Below the pieces are notes generated by a model that did not search any database, was not told the DNA's origin, and saw only the letters and a program-made list of their open reading frames with translations. This document shows, one piece after another, positions 12,236 to 23,518 of a DNA stretch of 64,000 nt. This DNA comes from Klebsormidium nitens (Eukaryota > Plantae > Klebsormidiophyceae). Position numbers and translations under genes: made by a program. Within the stretch, counting starts at the first letter, position 1, and every line of letters starts with the position of its first letter. The stretch spans positions 1 through 64,000 of the forward strand of contig DF237018.1 in the NCBI GenBank assembly GCA_000708835.1. The letters are read 5' to 3'.

Positions 12236-12292
12236 TCAATTTCTTGAGATTAACTTGCACAATCAATTTCTTGAGATTAACTTGCACAATCA
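12236..12292. repeat. Perfect 27-bp tandem duplication
   Basis: TCAATTTCTTGAGATTAACTTGCACAA x2 (12236-12262, 12263-12289) plus TCA. Confidence 0.95.
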
Positions 12293-12673
12293 TTGGATGC
12301 CCGAGCCTAAGCTGCGGCGGCCACTTTGGCTTGAATGATATGAAGGTTCAATTTCAATCAAATAGAACAACACAGTGTATTCTTGTACACGACAAGTCTA
12401 GAGTTGCCAAAACTGACCTCATCAATGTGGTACGATTGCCTATCATTTGAAAAGGACTTGCCCCAGGCTCAATCCTGGAACTTCAACACAGATGGTCCCA
12501 TCAACACCACTAGGTAACAAACACATGCAAACTCTGCACAGCCAGTTCAGCAAATCCAGGTTGCTAACAAACACAAGCGACCTGCTTCCATGTTTTGCAA
12601 CTCGACAAAAACGTTTAAGAATCAAGAACGGTCCGGATGGCCAATCTAATGCAGTATATATCGCAGTTAGTAG

Positions 12674-14597
12674 TTAGAGCACAAACGCAGGCTTCCCAGT
12701 CTGGTCTCGTCGCGATTTGGCACGAACTGGTTCGTAATGGTCTGAGCCCCCAGCACACCAATCTGTAAGGCAGAAGCATGCTTCATTTAATGAATGCTGT
12801 TTGATGTTTGTCGATGTTGTGCAGAGGCCTAAGATTCACACGGAACTCTTTGATTAACATCTTTTCCTCAGAGATAGCACAGAAGCGCACGTCAGCGGAA
12901 AGTAGGCAAGGGCCATTGTGAAGTTCTAAGGGTGCGCAAGCAAGATTACCAGCTGCCCAATTGATGGCACCCTTCCTCTTGCCTTTAACAATAACCAGGG
13001 GCCAAGCTATGTGATTAGACACGCTGGTTAGTGGTCGGCATGCAACAGACTTGACGTGAGAGGATGTCAGAGAGGACTTCGTACCAGTGCCTTTCATAAA
13101 TAGAAAGATGGGCCAGTGAGCCACGCTTGGTTTCTTGCCGGCCGAGTGGCGGGGCATGTGCGGTAAGAAGAAGAGATGCCCTTCCTCCTCGGGGCTGGCG
13201 CCGGGGTGTGACTGCACCTGCACGCACCACCAGACGTACAGCTCTGCATCAGCCAAGGACCAGAGGAGCCCTTCTTGCATCTGTGTGGATTCATGTCCAC
13301 GAAGGCACACTAAATATCTTGGTGTGCCCTTGTGGAGAGTGATTGTTGCTCATTAAACTTCCCGCCGGCCAGTGCAATTTTGAAGCAGAAGCATTAGTAG
13401 TCATGCTTCCTGACTCCAGTGCTCAAGTGTGTAGAATCTTCAACCTCCCCGTACTTCCAAGACAATAAAGGGCGCCAGTTTTACACAGGCACCAACTGCC
13501 GCAAGTCAAATGTTGCACCCCGGAAGCCACAGTCTACCCAGCAAATGCAGGTAATTGCCGCAAGAACAACCATCGCATCTTGCGGCATGCCCTCCTACCA
13601 CAGTAGTCGACAATGGGCGCAGAGCCCTCACCACTGTGATCTCGCGCCGCCACTCTGAGGCCAAGCTCTCCAGCGCAATGTCGTCCCCAAACGCGGCCGC
13701 CCTGCCGCTCGTGTTCTCCTCCACACTCAGCAGAGACTCATGAGTGAACACCAGCGTCACAATGTCGTGCTCGTCCGTTGCCCCCCCGGCGCACCGCATG
13801 TACGCTGCCCACGCTGGGCCGTCCTCCACGCGCTGACACCGCTCCGCCAGGATGGCGCCCGCCGCCGCCTCGCGCGCCATGCCGGTGGCCACTAGCTCCT
13901 GGATGGCCGCATCCATTGCCGCCCGCTCCGAGCGCTTGGCCAGCAGCTTCACCTCTTGCAGCACGTGTACACCCCACCCCGCCTCCAAATTTGGCGAGTA
14001 CAAGTTGCGAATCAGCAGATCTGTCTGCGCGCAATCCAGGGCCCCGCCTTGATAGTCCGCGAGGAAGCGCCGGACCGCCAGCGCACGCACATCCGCAGAG
14101 CTGCACCGTTGCCCCTCTGCAGCGAGGCACCGTGCGATGGCAGTGAAGAGGCAGTTGCCATCCGCCTCCACGTCCCCCAGGTAATGCAGCTCCAAGATCG
14201 CGTGGCGCTTCCCGTCTCCAGGGGCAGCCCACAGCACCCCCCTGGTCGCCACATCCTGCATCTGCTTGATCTGCCCGCCCGTCAATGCAGGCACGCTGCT
14301 CCAGTCTAGAAGTGGGCAATCCGCTTCTGTCTCAGGGGGTCCCTGCGAGGGTGGACTCTCCTCCCCATTCTGGGTGGGTGCGCCCATTGAGCTAGCGGAC
14401 TGCACGGGTGCCTGGGGCCAGCTTGGAGGAGACCCGATCCATGCACTCTCCATGCTACAGCTCAGGTTGCGCAGTTGCGGGCTGTACCCACCAGGGTGGG
14501 GGGCTGGCAAAGGGCCCACCTTGGCCCCCATGGCCAGGGGCGAAGCCGCCTCCATTGGGGAAGCCGTGGCGGTGCCCCCACGACCTGGATTCCCCAT
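12674..14597 (-). CDS. OTU-like cysteine protease / deubiquitinase-fold protein (plant-conserved type), 3 coding exons
   Basis: GDVEADGNCLFTA (Asp/Cys box) in the large exon, FGDDIALESLASEWRREITVV, LFFLPH, PIFLFMKGT|DWCAGGSDHYEP (His box) in the last exon ending at TAA 12674. The ATG at 14597 follows an acceptor-like CTGCGCAG. Confidence 0.8.
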
Positions 14598-15760
14598 TAT
14601 GTCTGCGCAGATGGTCAAGGATGCACTGCAGCACCGTGATGGGGGCCCCTGGCCAAGCTGCGGAGGGTCAGGCAGGCCCGAATAAGGATGAAAGCAGCTC
14701 TGGAGCCCCCTGGAGCATCTGACAAGAGATCCGACCCGATTCGGCGATTCCCCTCTGCCGAAATGCGCAGACAGCGGAACACAACTCACAAGCCTTTAGC
14801 CCCAGTGTCAAGTGCTGTACGTGCAAGGCCCAGGGCCATGGTGCTTGCAAGGAAGAAGTTCCTGCGATCCCGGATCGACGGCTTGCAAGTCTTCATCGTC
14901 AACGTCGTACTAAGGTGTCATCGCAGCCGCTCGTTGTCGACTTGAACAGGTCGTGAACGAGACTGACACCGTCGATGTGTCTGCTTGTACCAGTCGCCGA
15001 CGTGGCGGGTCGGAATCTAGCTGGCGGAATCAGGTTCTTGAAGGGCCTCCGAACTTCGAAGGGGGGAAAAGGCGAGGTGCCATATCAGCTTGCAAGGTAG
15101 CTGGGTAGTTCAGCTGGTGGTGCACAAACCTCACCCCACCTGGAGGTTTTCTGCGAGACGTCCCTACTCTCCACCTTGATTGGTAGCTAGGTAGCAGCCG
15201 AGCTTTGCTGTTGTCTGCTCAAACATCTGCAAATCTGTGGGAGGTGGGTCTTGTATCAACCAGGTAGAGGTGTAGCTCGATGGCTCTGTCTGAGGCGCAC
15301 TTGAGTTGCAATGCCGTGCCTTCATTGGGGCTGTCCGCCAGGGCGCCAACCAGGCTACAAGTAAGAGCGCAACTAGCTGCATGCAATTTTCTAGCCCCCT
15401 ACTAGGTAGATCGCCACTGAGTATTCTGCTCGTGGTTACTAGTGCACATCTTATTAAAGCGGGTGGATGGAGTGGGCGACTCTCCGACTTCTTCTGCAAT
15501 CTATGATGGTTTTGGACTTTGATTTTGGATTCTTGAGTTGATTCTTCTTATCCCCATCTAAAGGTCTGAGTGGTAGCTCCTTCTTATCAATCCTTGGTGG
15601 ACTGGTTCTCAAATTCAGAATCCAATCCAATCCCAGCAAGTTTGATTGCAATCAAGCGGAAAGACCAATTGATGTGCGAGGGCAGTTTGTCGGCCATAAT
15701 CACAAGATTGCCACTAATTACAGGGAATGATACCGAACCATTAGATTTGTGTATGTGCAG

Positions 15761-18400
15761 GCCTCTGGTTGCCTCTCAAGAGCGCCCCTGTCGTTCGCGA
15801 GTCTGTGCCGTCCAGTCCTTAGGAAAGCCCACCCAAATCTTGGTGTCCGAGCTTCGGCTGAGGGCTCTTCCGAACGGGCAGCGACTGACCCCAGCTCAGC
15901 AGCGCGGCTAGTCAAGGAGGATACTGCCGCCGCACTGCCGCGCCAGCTGGAGCAGAGTGTGGCCAGGGAGAAGGAGCTAGCGGAGGGTGGGGAAAGGGCA
16001 GAGCCTGCAGATAGTAGAGGGGCAAAGAGCGGGTCTGAAGATCAGGCAGAGAGTAGAGAGGAGAGCGAGGAGAGCGAGGGGCAAGAATTTGGTGACCTCA
16101 AGGTTGCACTTCTGGTGAGTGGGTCAGGTACATACGAGCAAGGATGTGAGGAACAAGCCACAGTGACCTACAAGGTCATCCACCAAGTTCGGTACTGTCT
16201 ACTTAGCGCCCTGAAGTCGTCTTGACATCTCTCACCCCTTGTGACGAGCGCCATCTGTCATACGGTCATCTAGGCATTGTAAAGTAGAATCTAGTTATTG
16301 AACTTGGCCTGGCTATGTGTGCAGAGTCGCGTTGCGGGTCTGGACCGTGGAATTGCAGCGGGGCAAAGGGACAGGCAGGGTGAGCGAACTGGAAACAACC
16401 CCGATAAAGCACATGGCGCCAAAGGTTCACATTTGTAACGGGCAAGATGTCTGATTGTGAAACGGATATGTTGTCAGAGGTAGTAAGATTCGGTTAAGAT
16501 GTTGTTGGCAAGTTTTGTGCGCTGTTGGCAACCAGGAATCTGCACTGAAGCTTGTTTTACATCTGCAAGGCAGGTCCTTGACTTTCAGACTCCTTGTGTT
16601 CCTGCAGCGGTTGACTCTGCTGCCTCTGCCCTGGAGAGCGCTGGCCCTGGCTTGGACCTGCCCAGCCAGCTGGACAAGCTCAACGGCAAGGTCAGCACTA
16701 CACAGCCTGCCACCATATGGAAGCTGGCAGCAAAGATTGAGTACACAGCGTCCCAGGTCGGGTTGTGCGTGTGTTCTTACTGCACACTCTGGTTATTTTG
16801 AAATCTTCTGACTCCATTTCTGTGTTTGACTGTGCAGTGGCGCCTGGTGTACACCAGCAGCTTCTCCTCTGGCTCCCTGGGCGGTTCCCGACCCGGGCCG
16901 CCCTTCGTTGGTAGCAACCTCACGCTCGGCCAGGTGCGTGGCGTCTGCAAATCTCCTGTCAAACTCCTGCTAAGCGCATGTACAGCGGCAGCGTCGTCGT
17001 GATTGTCCTTAAAACAAAGGGAAACCCTTGCTTTACAAAGGCTTCTGTTAGTGCTGTGGCGGTGATGGTTCGTCGTGGCATTAGATTGTTTGATTGTTGA
17101 TAATCAAAAGCAGTGTCACTCAACTGCTGGCGGTGTGCGTGCGCAGGTCTTCCAGCGCATTGACGTTGCGCGGCGTGAGCTGGACAACATTGTGGACCTG
17201 AGCATCAAGGCGCCCCTGCCGTTGCTGCCCCCAGGGGAAGTGACTGCCACGTTGGCGCACTCATTCGAGGTGGCAGGTGCGCCTGCAGGCTTCGTTTGGA
17301 ACGGCCTGGCTTGCGGAACATGGACTTCGTGATTTTTGCGTTGGTCTGCATGTCTGTTGGCTGTGGCATCTTGTCCGAATGCGTGGAAGGAGAACGTGGA
17401 CCAAATTTGCACTTTTCGGACCCTACCAAGCTTTAGTACCCTGTCGACCCGGGTCGGTAAGTCCGGGCCCGGGTTCCTGACTCCTAAAGATCGTACCCAG
17501 TACATTGTACCTGCACCGCATACTGGTAATAGGTACGACTGTAGTCTGCGGGAACGTACCGGGGAAGTGCCGGTACCTTGCTGATCCCCAAGTCAGCGCG
17601 GCCGGGAGAAGCTACCTAATGTGCGTAGTCCAGGGTACAAAACTGTAGAGGATTTCGGAAAGTCCGAATCTTGGTCTACGTTCTCCTTCCACGGGTTCTG
17701 TCTGTTCAGTGGTCAGCCTCTCAGACTTTGGTATGTTTCGTTCTTGCAGGGCCCTCCGACATCCGCATCACATTTGAGGACACGCGCATTCAACCGAAAG
17801 GGTTGCAAGTACCAGAATTGTGAGTGTTGCGTCGCTGGCCCTGTTGCTGATTGCCCCGCTGAGTCCCGGATGGACACATTGATCTTGAAGCGGCCATGCC
17901 TGTGGTTGTTTGGCTGCCTCTTGCGGTCAGCTGGAAGCCTCGATCACCCGACCATCGTTTTTTCGGGATCTCCACCTTCTTGGGTCAAAAGGGCCGGCTT
18001 TCACGCTGACCCGTATTCCCGTTGTTTCCGTGCAGCACGCTGCCATCCCTGCCCGACTTCCTGCGCTCAGGCACGCGGGATGCCCGCAGCAGCTCGTTTG
18101 CCACCACCTTCGTAGACGATCAGGTGAGCCGCAGCACAGCACGCGGTGAAGGACGGACCCGTGGTCGACGGTGGTTCATCTACTGTTGTTTTGGTTGCCC
18201 TTTCATCCTGCAACGCTGCTTTGGACCAGAGCTTACTGTATGCTTCTTCGTGTTGCACAACATCCTTCTCCGGCCTTTAGACTGACGAGCTGCTCTGATG
18301 AGGCCAAGACAGTCCTAACCATCCGGCCTCCGCTTCGCTGTGCCAGGTGCGCATCAGTCGGGGAGATCGCAAGGAGCTCCGTATTTTCGTGAAGGAGTAG
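15761..18400 (+). CDS. FBN4: Plastid lipid-associated protein / fibrillin (FBN4-like); true start lies upstream of the 15761 acceptor and was not resolved
   Basis: Spliced motifs SRVAGLDRG, LDKLNGK|WRLVYTSSFSSGSLGGSRPG, LTLGQ|VFQRID, ELDNIVDL, TATLAHSFEV, FATTFVDDQ|VRISRGDRKELRIFVKE* are typical of the PAP_fibrillin FBN4 clade. Confidence 0.88.
17382..17693. mobile_element. MITE-like non-autonomous element in a fibrillin intron
   Basis: Terminal inverted repeats CGTGGAAGGAGAACGT(G/A)GACCAA at 17382-17404 and 17671-17693 (22/23 match, extending imperfectly to about 40 bp). No ORF; no clear target-site duplication. Confidence 0.65.
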
Positions 18401-19789
18401 ATAGTAACACAAGGTACATGGGTCCCGTCAGTATGGTACGTCAATCTGTACCCTGTCATTTTTGCACCGGTGATCGAGATGATGAATAAAGTGTATATAG
18501 CATACGCAGAACGAGGTTGGGTTGATCAAATGGCCAGGCTACATTCTATCGGATCTTTCCATTGCCGGTTGAAAAGCAGGGGCTAACGTGTAATGTCAAC
18601 CTAATGTCATAAAAAAAGACTTTTTAGTTTAGGTTTGAGTAATCAAGGCGTGTTGTTTCATAATTTGTCACACCGCAGTCGAATGGAGCCTAGCAGACAA
18701 GCAATGATCTGCATGACTCTGGTGCATGCAGTCAAGGCTCGGGCTGTCTTCAATTTTGATATATCATTGAAGAATGTCGGTTGGTCAAACATCAACATGG
18801 GCCGGCCATGTGGCCAGCTGCCCAATCATAATGACTGAATCATTGTATGAAGTATAATTAGGAGTTAGAGGCTGAAACCGAAAGGCTGAACTGGAACATG
18901 TGTCCGACACACCATGTGCATGGCGGGCCTGTTCGGAAGCTATATCACGCGGGCGCAGCGTGCGTTCATTTCCGCTGCGACAATCATTGGTATTGGTATG
19001 ATCCTTTGGATGGAGATGTAGATGGATCTGCATGACGGTGACTGAGCTGTACGTGACTCTAATCAATATCCCCGAAACGTGTTCGATCGTTGATCGTTCA
19101 AAGAAAAGGTTTTGATTCATATCCTCAGGTCTAGCTCGATCGCGAGCTTATAATTTATGATATATACCACAACGTTTAATGATGCAGCGGCAGGCTGGCA
19201 TGTACATGTGCAATCAATCTCCGCGACACTGTCAGTGTCCCTCGAATGTACAGTACGTATCTAAAGCTGAGATTGCAGGGGGGCCGGGCCCAGCCAGGTC
19301 CAAATAGACTCGAGCGTGCAACTTTTAGATAAGGCAGCATGCCGCTGCCAGCTGAACGAGTCACAGTGAGTCAATGGTGACGGTTCAATAACTCGCTGCA
19401 ACAAGATTGCCGTACTACGACGTCAGATTGTTGGCAACAATACTCCCATGCAACATTGACCGCTCAAGTCAGAGGGCAATAGTGCGTCGGATGCAGTCAC
19501 CCTATGATCAACACCAAGGTCGGATTGGATAGAAGACTGCCCGGAGCTGCACCGAATGCCGGAATTGAGCGTCATATACAAGGCGTGTGCACCTGTCAGC
19601 AGCATGTGTTCATCTAGGCTATGCTACAGGATCACCTACGTCCTACATGATACAGTGCACACCTAGCAGACTTTGACAGCTAGGAGAGCCGCAGCAACTA
19701 GGTATAGGACAACGGGAAGGTACTTCAACGACCTTGCTTCGCAAAAGCAAAGGCCGTCAAATAGCCCAAGAGCTTTGTAGCTCCAGGGG

Positions 19790-22607
19790 TCATGAAACCG
19801 TCTCGGTATCCTGGCCTAAGCCATACAGCACTCCTGCATACTTGTCCGTAGAACCATTAAAGAAGCCCTCCTTGAGCTTTCGAAACGTGGCGCACGTCAA
19901 CAAGCTGTCCGAGCCAGCCTGATGGCAGGGGCCTGTAAAGAGGAAGAGCTCGTATCAGTGAAACAACGGGAGCGGGCCTGCAGCAATCCCACCTCAGATT
20001 GGTGAACTTCTCGTTTGACCTTTACCCAGCTCACATAACTTAATCACCCTTTTCGCACAGAAGTGGAAAAGACCGCGGCTGAAGCGAAAAAGACATCGAG
20101 GGCGCTCAGGCTGCTAGTCCATCACAACCACAGCGGCATTCGTGCTTGACTGCAAGCCCCTTCGTGATCCAAGGAAGTTGCCCGTCGGGGTTGTTGCAGC
20201 GAGCAAAATCAGCCGCCAATGTTGTGGTTTATACGTGTCAACTGCCCTAAACACTTACCAGAAAAAGTTACGCCCTATATTCTTTTGGATTGTTCGACAT
20301 GGATACCATCGAGAAGCTCAGACTCCGGTTGCTGGGTCTGCTATGCAGGACCCGCTAAATCCATATTCGACTTTCCTGCTGGGAGCAGGAGGGTGGAAAA
20401 CAAGCCTCGTAAACAATCTTTGTGAGTCAACAAAGTTCTCTGCCAAGCTTAACATCGTCTTATTCCTGCTCTGTCGCTTACCTATCCTCTCAACCTCCAA
20501 GATCTCTGCCAGCCGGTTGAGGCCCCCATGCAGGTTGTCGCAGAACTTCATGAGGTACTTGATATCATACACCTTGGGGAAGTACGTCCGCATCAGCTGC
20601 ACACACAACACCCCCCCGTCAGCACCGGGCACCCGCTTGACAGACTTACCCCAAGCTCAACCAGCTTATTCCGCCTGGAGACGTGAAGCCGGCTTTAGCA
20701 CGCAGGCAGTGGCGATTTCAAACAAATGTGAGGAGACTTGTCTAAAAGCGTGCCTCGCTGAGCTTACCTGGAAGAAGTCGGACTCTCCTGAGGGCAGGTT
20801 CTGACAAGTGAGGAGCTTCAGGAGGTACCCAAAGTCGTACCCGCTGTGGAACGTGATCCAGTGCACGTTCTCGTTCAGCACCACCCCGGACGACATCAGT
20901 AGCTCTCCAAACCTGGAGGAAGGCAAACAATAAAGGAGGTCATGCGCAGCCAAGAGCGTACCTCCGTGGATTGATGACCTGTGCGCTTGGCTCAGCAACC
21001 AAGAAACAGAAGAGCTGCTTGGTATCACCATTCCGCAATTGTGGGATGACTTTGATGTGAATTCATTGATCCGGCGGACATGATTACGAACAAAGGAGGG
21101 CAAATATTGAAACTTCATACGGCAGAGGACTCGTGACTAAGCACCAGCATGTGACAAGCACAAGGTGATTCTGCATCAACTGCAAGAAACAGATGATTAC
21201 TCCACTGGAAACTGTGCTCCCCCGTTAATCCAGCCAGACTCTTCATACTGGCAACTTGGGTAAAATCTACCACGGTCAGTGATGCTCAGAAACAAACACA
21301 TTGAAATCTGTACCAATGAAGTCAAGCCACCTAACTCTGGAAACGGAGTTCTCAATGACTGACAGAGCGGCATATCTATCGTGGACTGAAGTGCTTGGGT
21401 CGAGATATTGTATGGGACAGATTATGTACGATTGAACCAGGGCAAAAACAACAGCAACCAGCCAGACCTGGCAGCATGCCCACAAGCGAAAATGGACCAG
21501 ATATTGCACGGGCTGTGGATGCGGAGTACTCCTTGTCAGGCGCACATAATTCTATGTAACGAGATTGCTCATGCCTGGCCACTTGGAGAAAATGTGGCAC
21601 AGATCCCCAAGTCCCATGCTGCAACATATGGTCATGATTGACATTACCAACGAGCAGTAGCAAACTCAACCACCAAGGTAAGCTGCGTCAAACTTGCTCA
21701 GAATCAACCGGACTTGTCTGCTCTTTAAAAGTCTTGCTGAAGATGAGCTGCGTCAAACTTGCTCGGATATTCTGGGCTTGCCTACCCTTTCAAAAGCTGC
21801 AAGCCAACACCTTCTTGCACAAACTAGCAGCTAATGCCACACTGCTGCATGTCCCAGAGGGGGCCTGGCACCGACGTATGGGTATGCAGACCAAGAAGAG
21901 CGTAGCATCCCTTTCGTAAAAGATCAGCAGAAAATAAAGCCAATACAGCAGCCAAACTTGCCGACCTGAATTTCTGAAACAAATGTCAATGTGACAAGGA
22001 GGGACCTGCAACTCAGCTCGTGCTGAAAAGGTAACTCAGTGTTGCAAGTGGATGGAAGACATTGTGACCGAGTGAATGCAGGGGGAAAAAGCTGATCGTA
22101 TCAAAATGCGAAGGACATGAAATGAACAGCGAGCACCTCAACAATTTATAGCCATGTGGAGCCTGCTCACCTTTGAATGTCAATCCCATTCTTCTCATTC
22201 CTTTGGAAATCAATCCCGCTCGTCCTCAACAAGTCGATCGAATCCTGTGCATACATATCTTCCCTGATGTTAAATTCCCGGAAGTTGAACTGCCACACGC
22301 AGTATTCATTTGGCCCACACTGGGGCAGATTCCCGTTCTCATCTGAGAAAGTGAGCCCAAGCTGGATGAGTTTCAACATGTCAACGTTGCAGCGCAGAGT
22401 CTGATAGTGATACTCCGCCGCACTCTTAAATGTCCCCACAGGCCTGACCACGATGCCTGGAAACTCCGTATCCATGGCAAGGTATGGATAATCATCTACG
22501 ATATCCCTTATAAGCTCAAACTCCTCTTCCAGATTGTCTGCCCACACCTCTCGTATACGCAAGGTGCCTCCATTAAGGAGGCTCCCCCCCTTAGATATTA
22601 CCGACAT
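19790..22607 (-). CDS. CAF1: CCR4-associated factor 1 (CAF1/POP2) DEDDh poly(A) deadenylase, 4 exons
   Basis: [72 protein letters not shown]|[19 protein letters not shown]; all catalytic residues are present. Confidence 0.97.
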
Positions 22608-23518
22608 GGACTGGCGCTACACCTTGTCCTCCGCTTCCTAAACATAGGGGGGCACAACCCCTGCTGAGAAATTCTTGCTCGTGTTTGTGCTTGGATCGAG
22701 CTTTCTGCCTTTCTATTCTTAAGATTCTCTTGCCAAACCTCAGCCTCCCCTTCTCTTCCTGAAACATGCCAGGTTCCAAGCAACAGCACCCTTTCTATCC
22801 AACAGACCAGTGCCAGGAGAGAAGCCAAAAACTGCTTGGCGAGGATGCACGCCCCACACACTTTCCAAGTTCCAAGGACTCAGCAAGCTGTATGGACGAT
22901 CCCTAGCACAGCGGTGCGGCGAGGAAGCTGAGCAGCAAAGGCGGACATGAACTCTGCAGCAAGAAGGTTCTTGAAAGGAAGTTGGCAGAACGGTGAATCC
23001 GTCCAGCATCGAATTTGCGCTGGGCCTAGCTTTGCTGGCGACCTCCTAGGTACCGCGGTACGTACGGTACTTGAAGTCTGAAGAAGTGCGAGGGAGCTCC
23101 TGAACGACGATAAGGGTATTCTGAAGGATCACTCATTAAAGAAACGCTTGTTTCTCGTCGAAAACAAACACTAGGTAATCTGCATGTTCGTATCCATGAG
23201 GGGGTACCTACCGGGCGATTGCTGAGCCTGAGGCTGTACGCCGCTGTAGCCTGTAGCACCAGTTGCTGAGTTGGCTGTCAAGTTTCTGCGGAGTTTCTGC
23301 CCCCACTCATTCGTTGTCAAGCCTAGGGCCAAGCCCAGCATACTGAAATCGACAAGGAGTAGGAGGAAGGGGCATGTCCTTGTCGTTGACTTCTCAGCAT
23401 CATAGCAAGTTTCACTCTCTCGCTGCCGCATTTTGGCGGGAAGCCACTCATTTGCGGTGTAGGCCACGTCCAATGTAAGGACTAAAGTTGTTTGTGTGGG
23501 TAAATAGCCGCACGCACA

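Noticed and set aside
12236-12292. CRISPR-like repeat
   Set aside because: Only two adjacent copies, no spacer, eukaryotic context.
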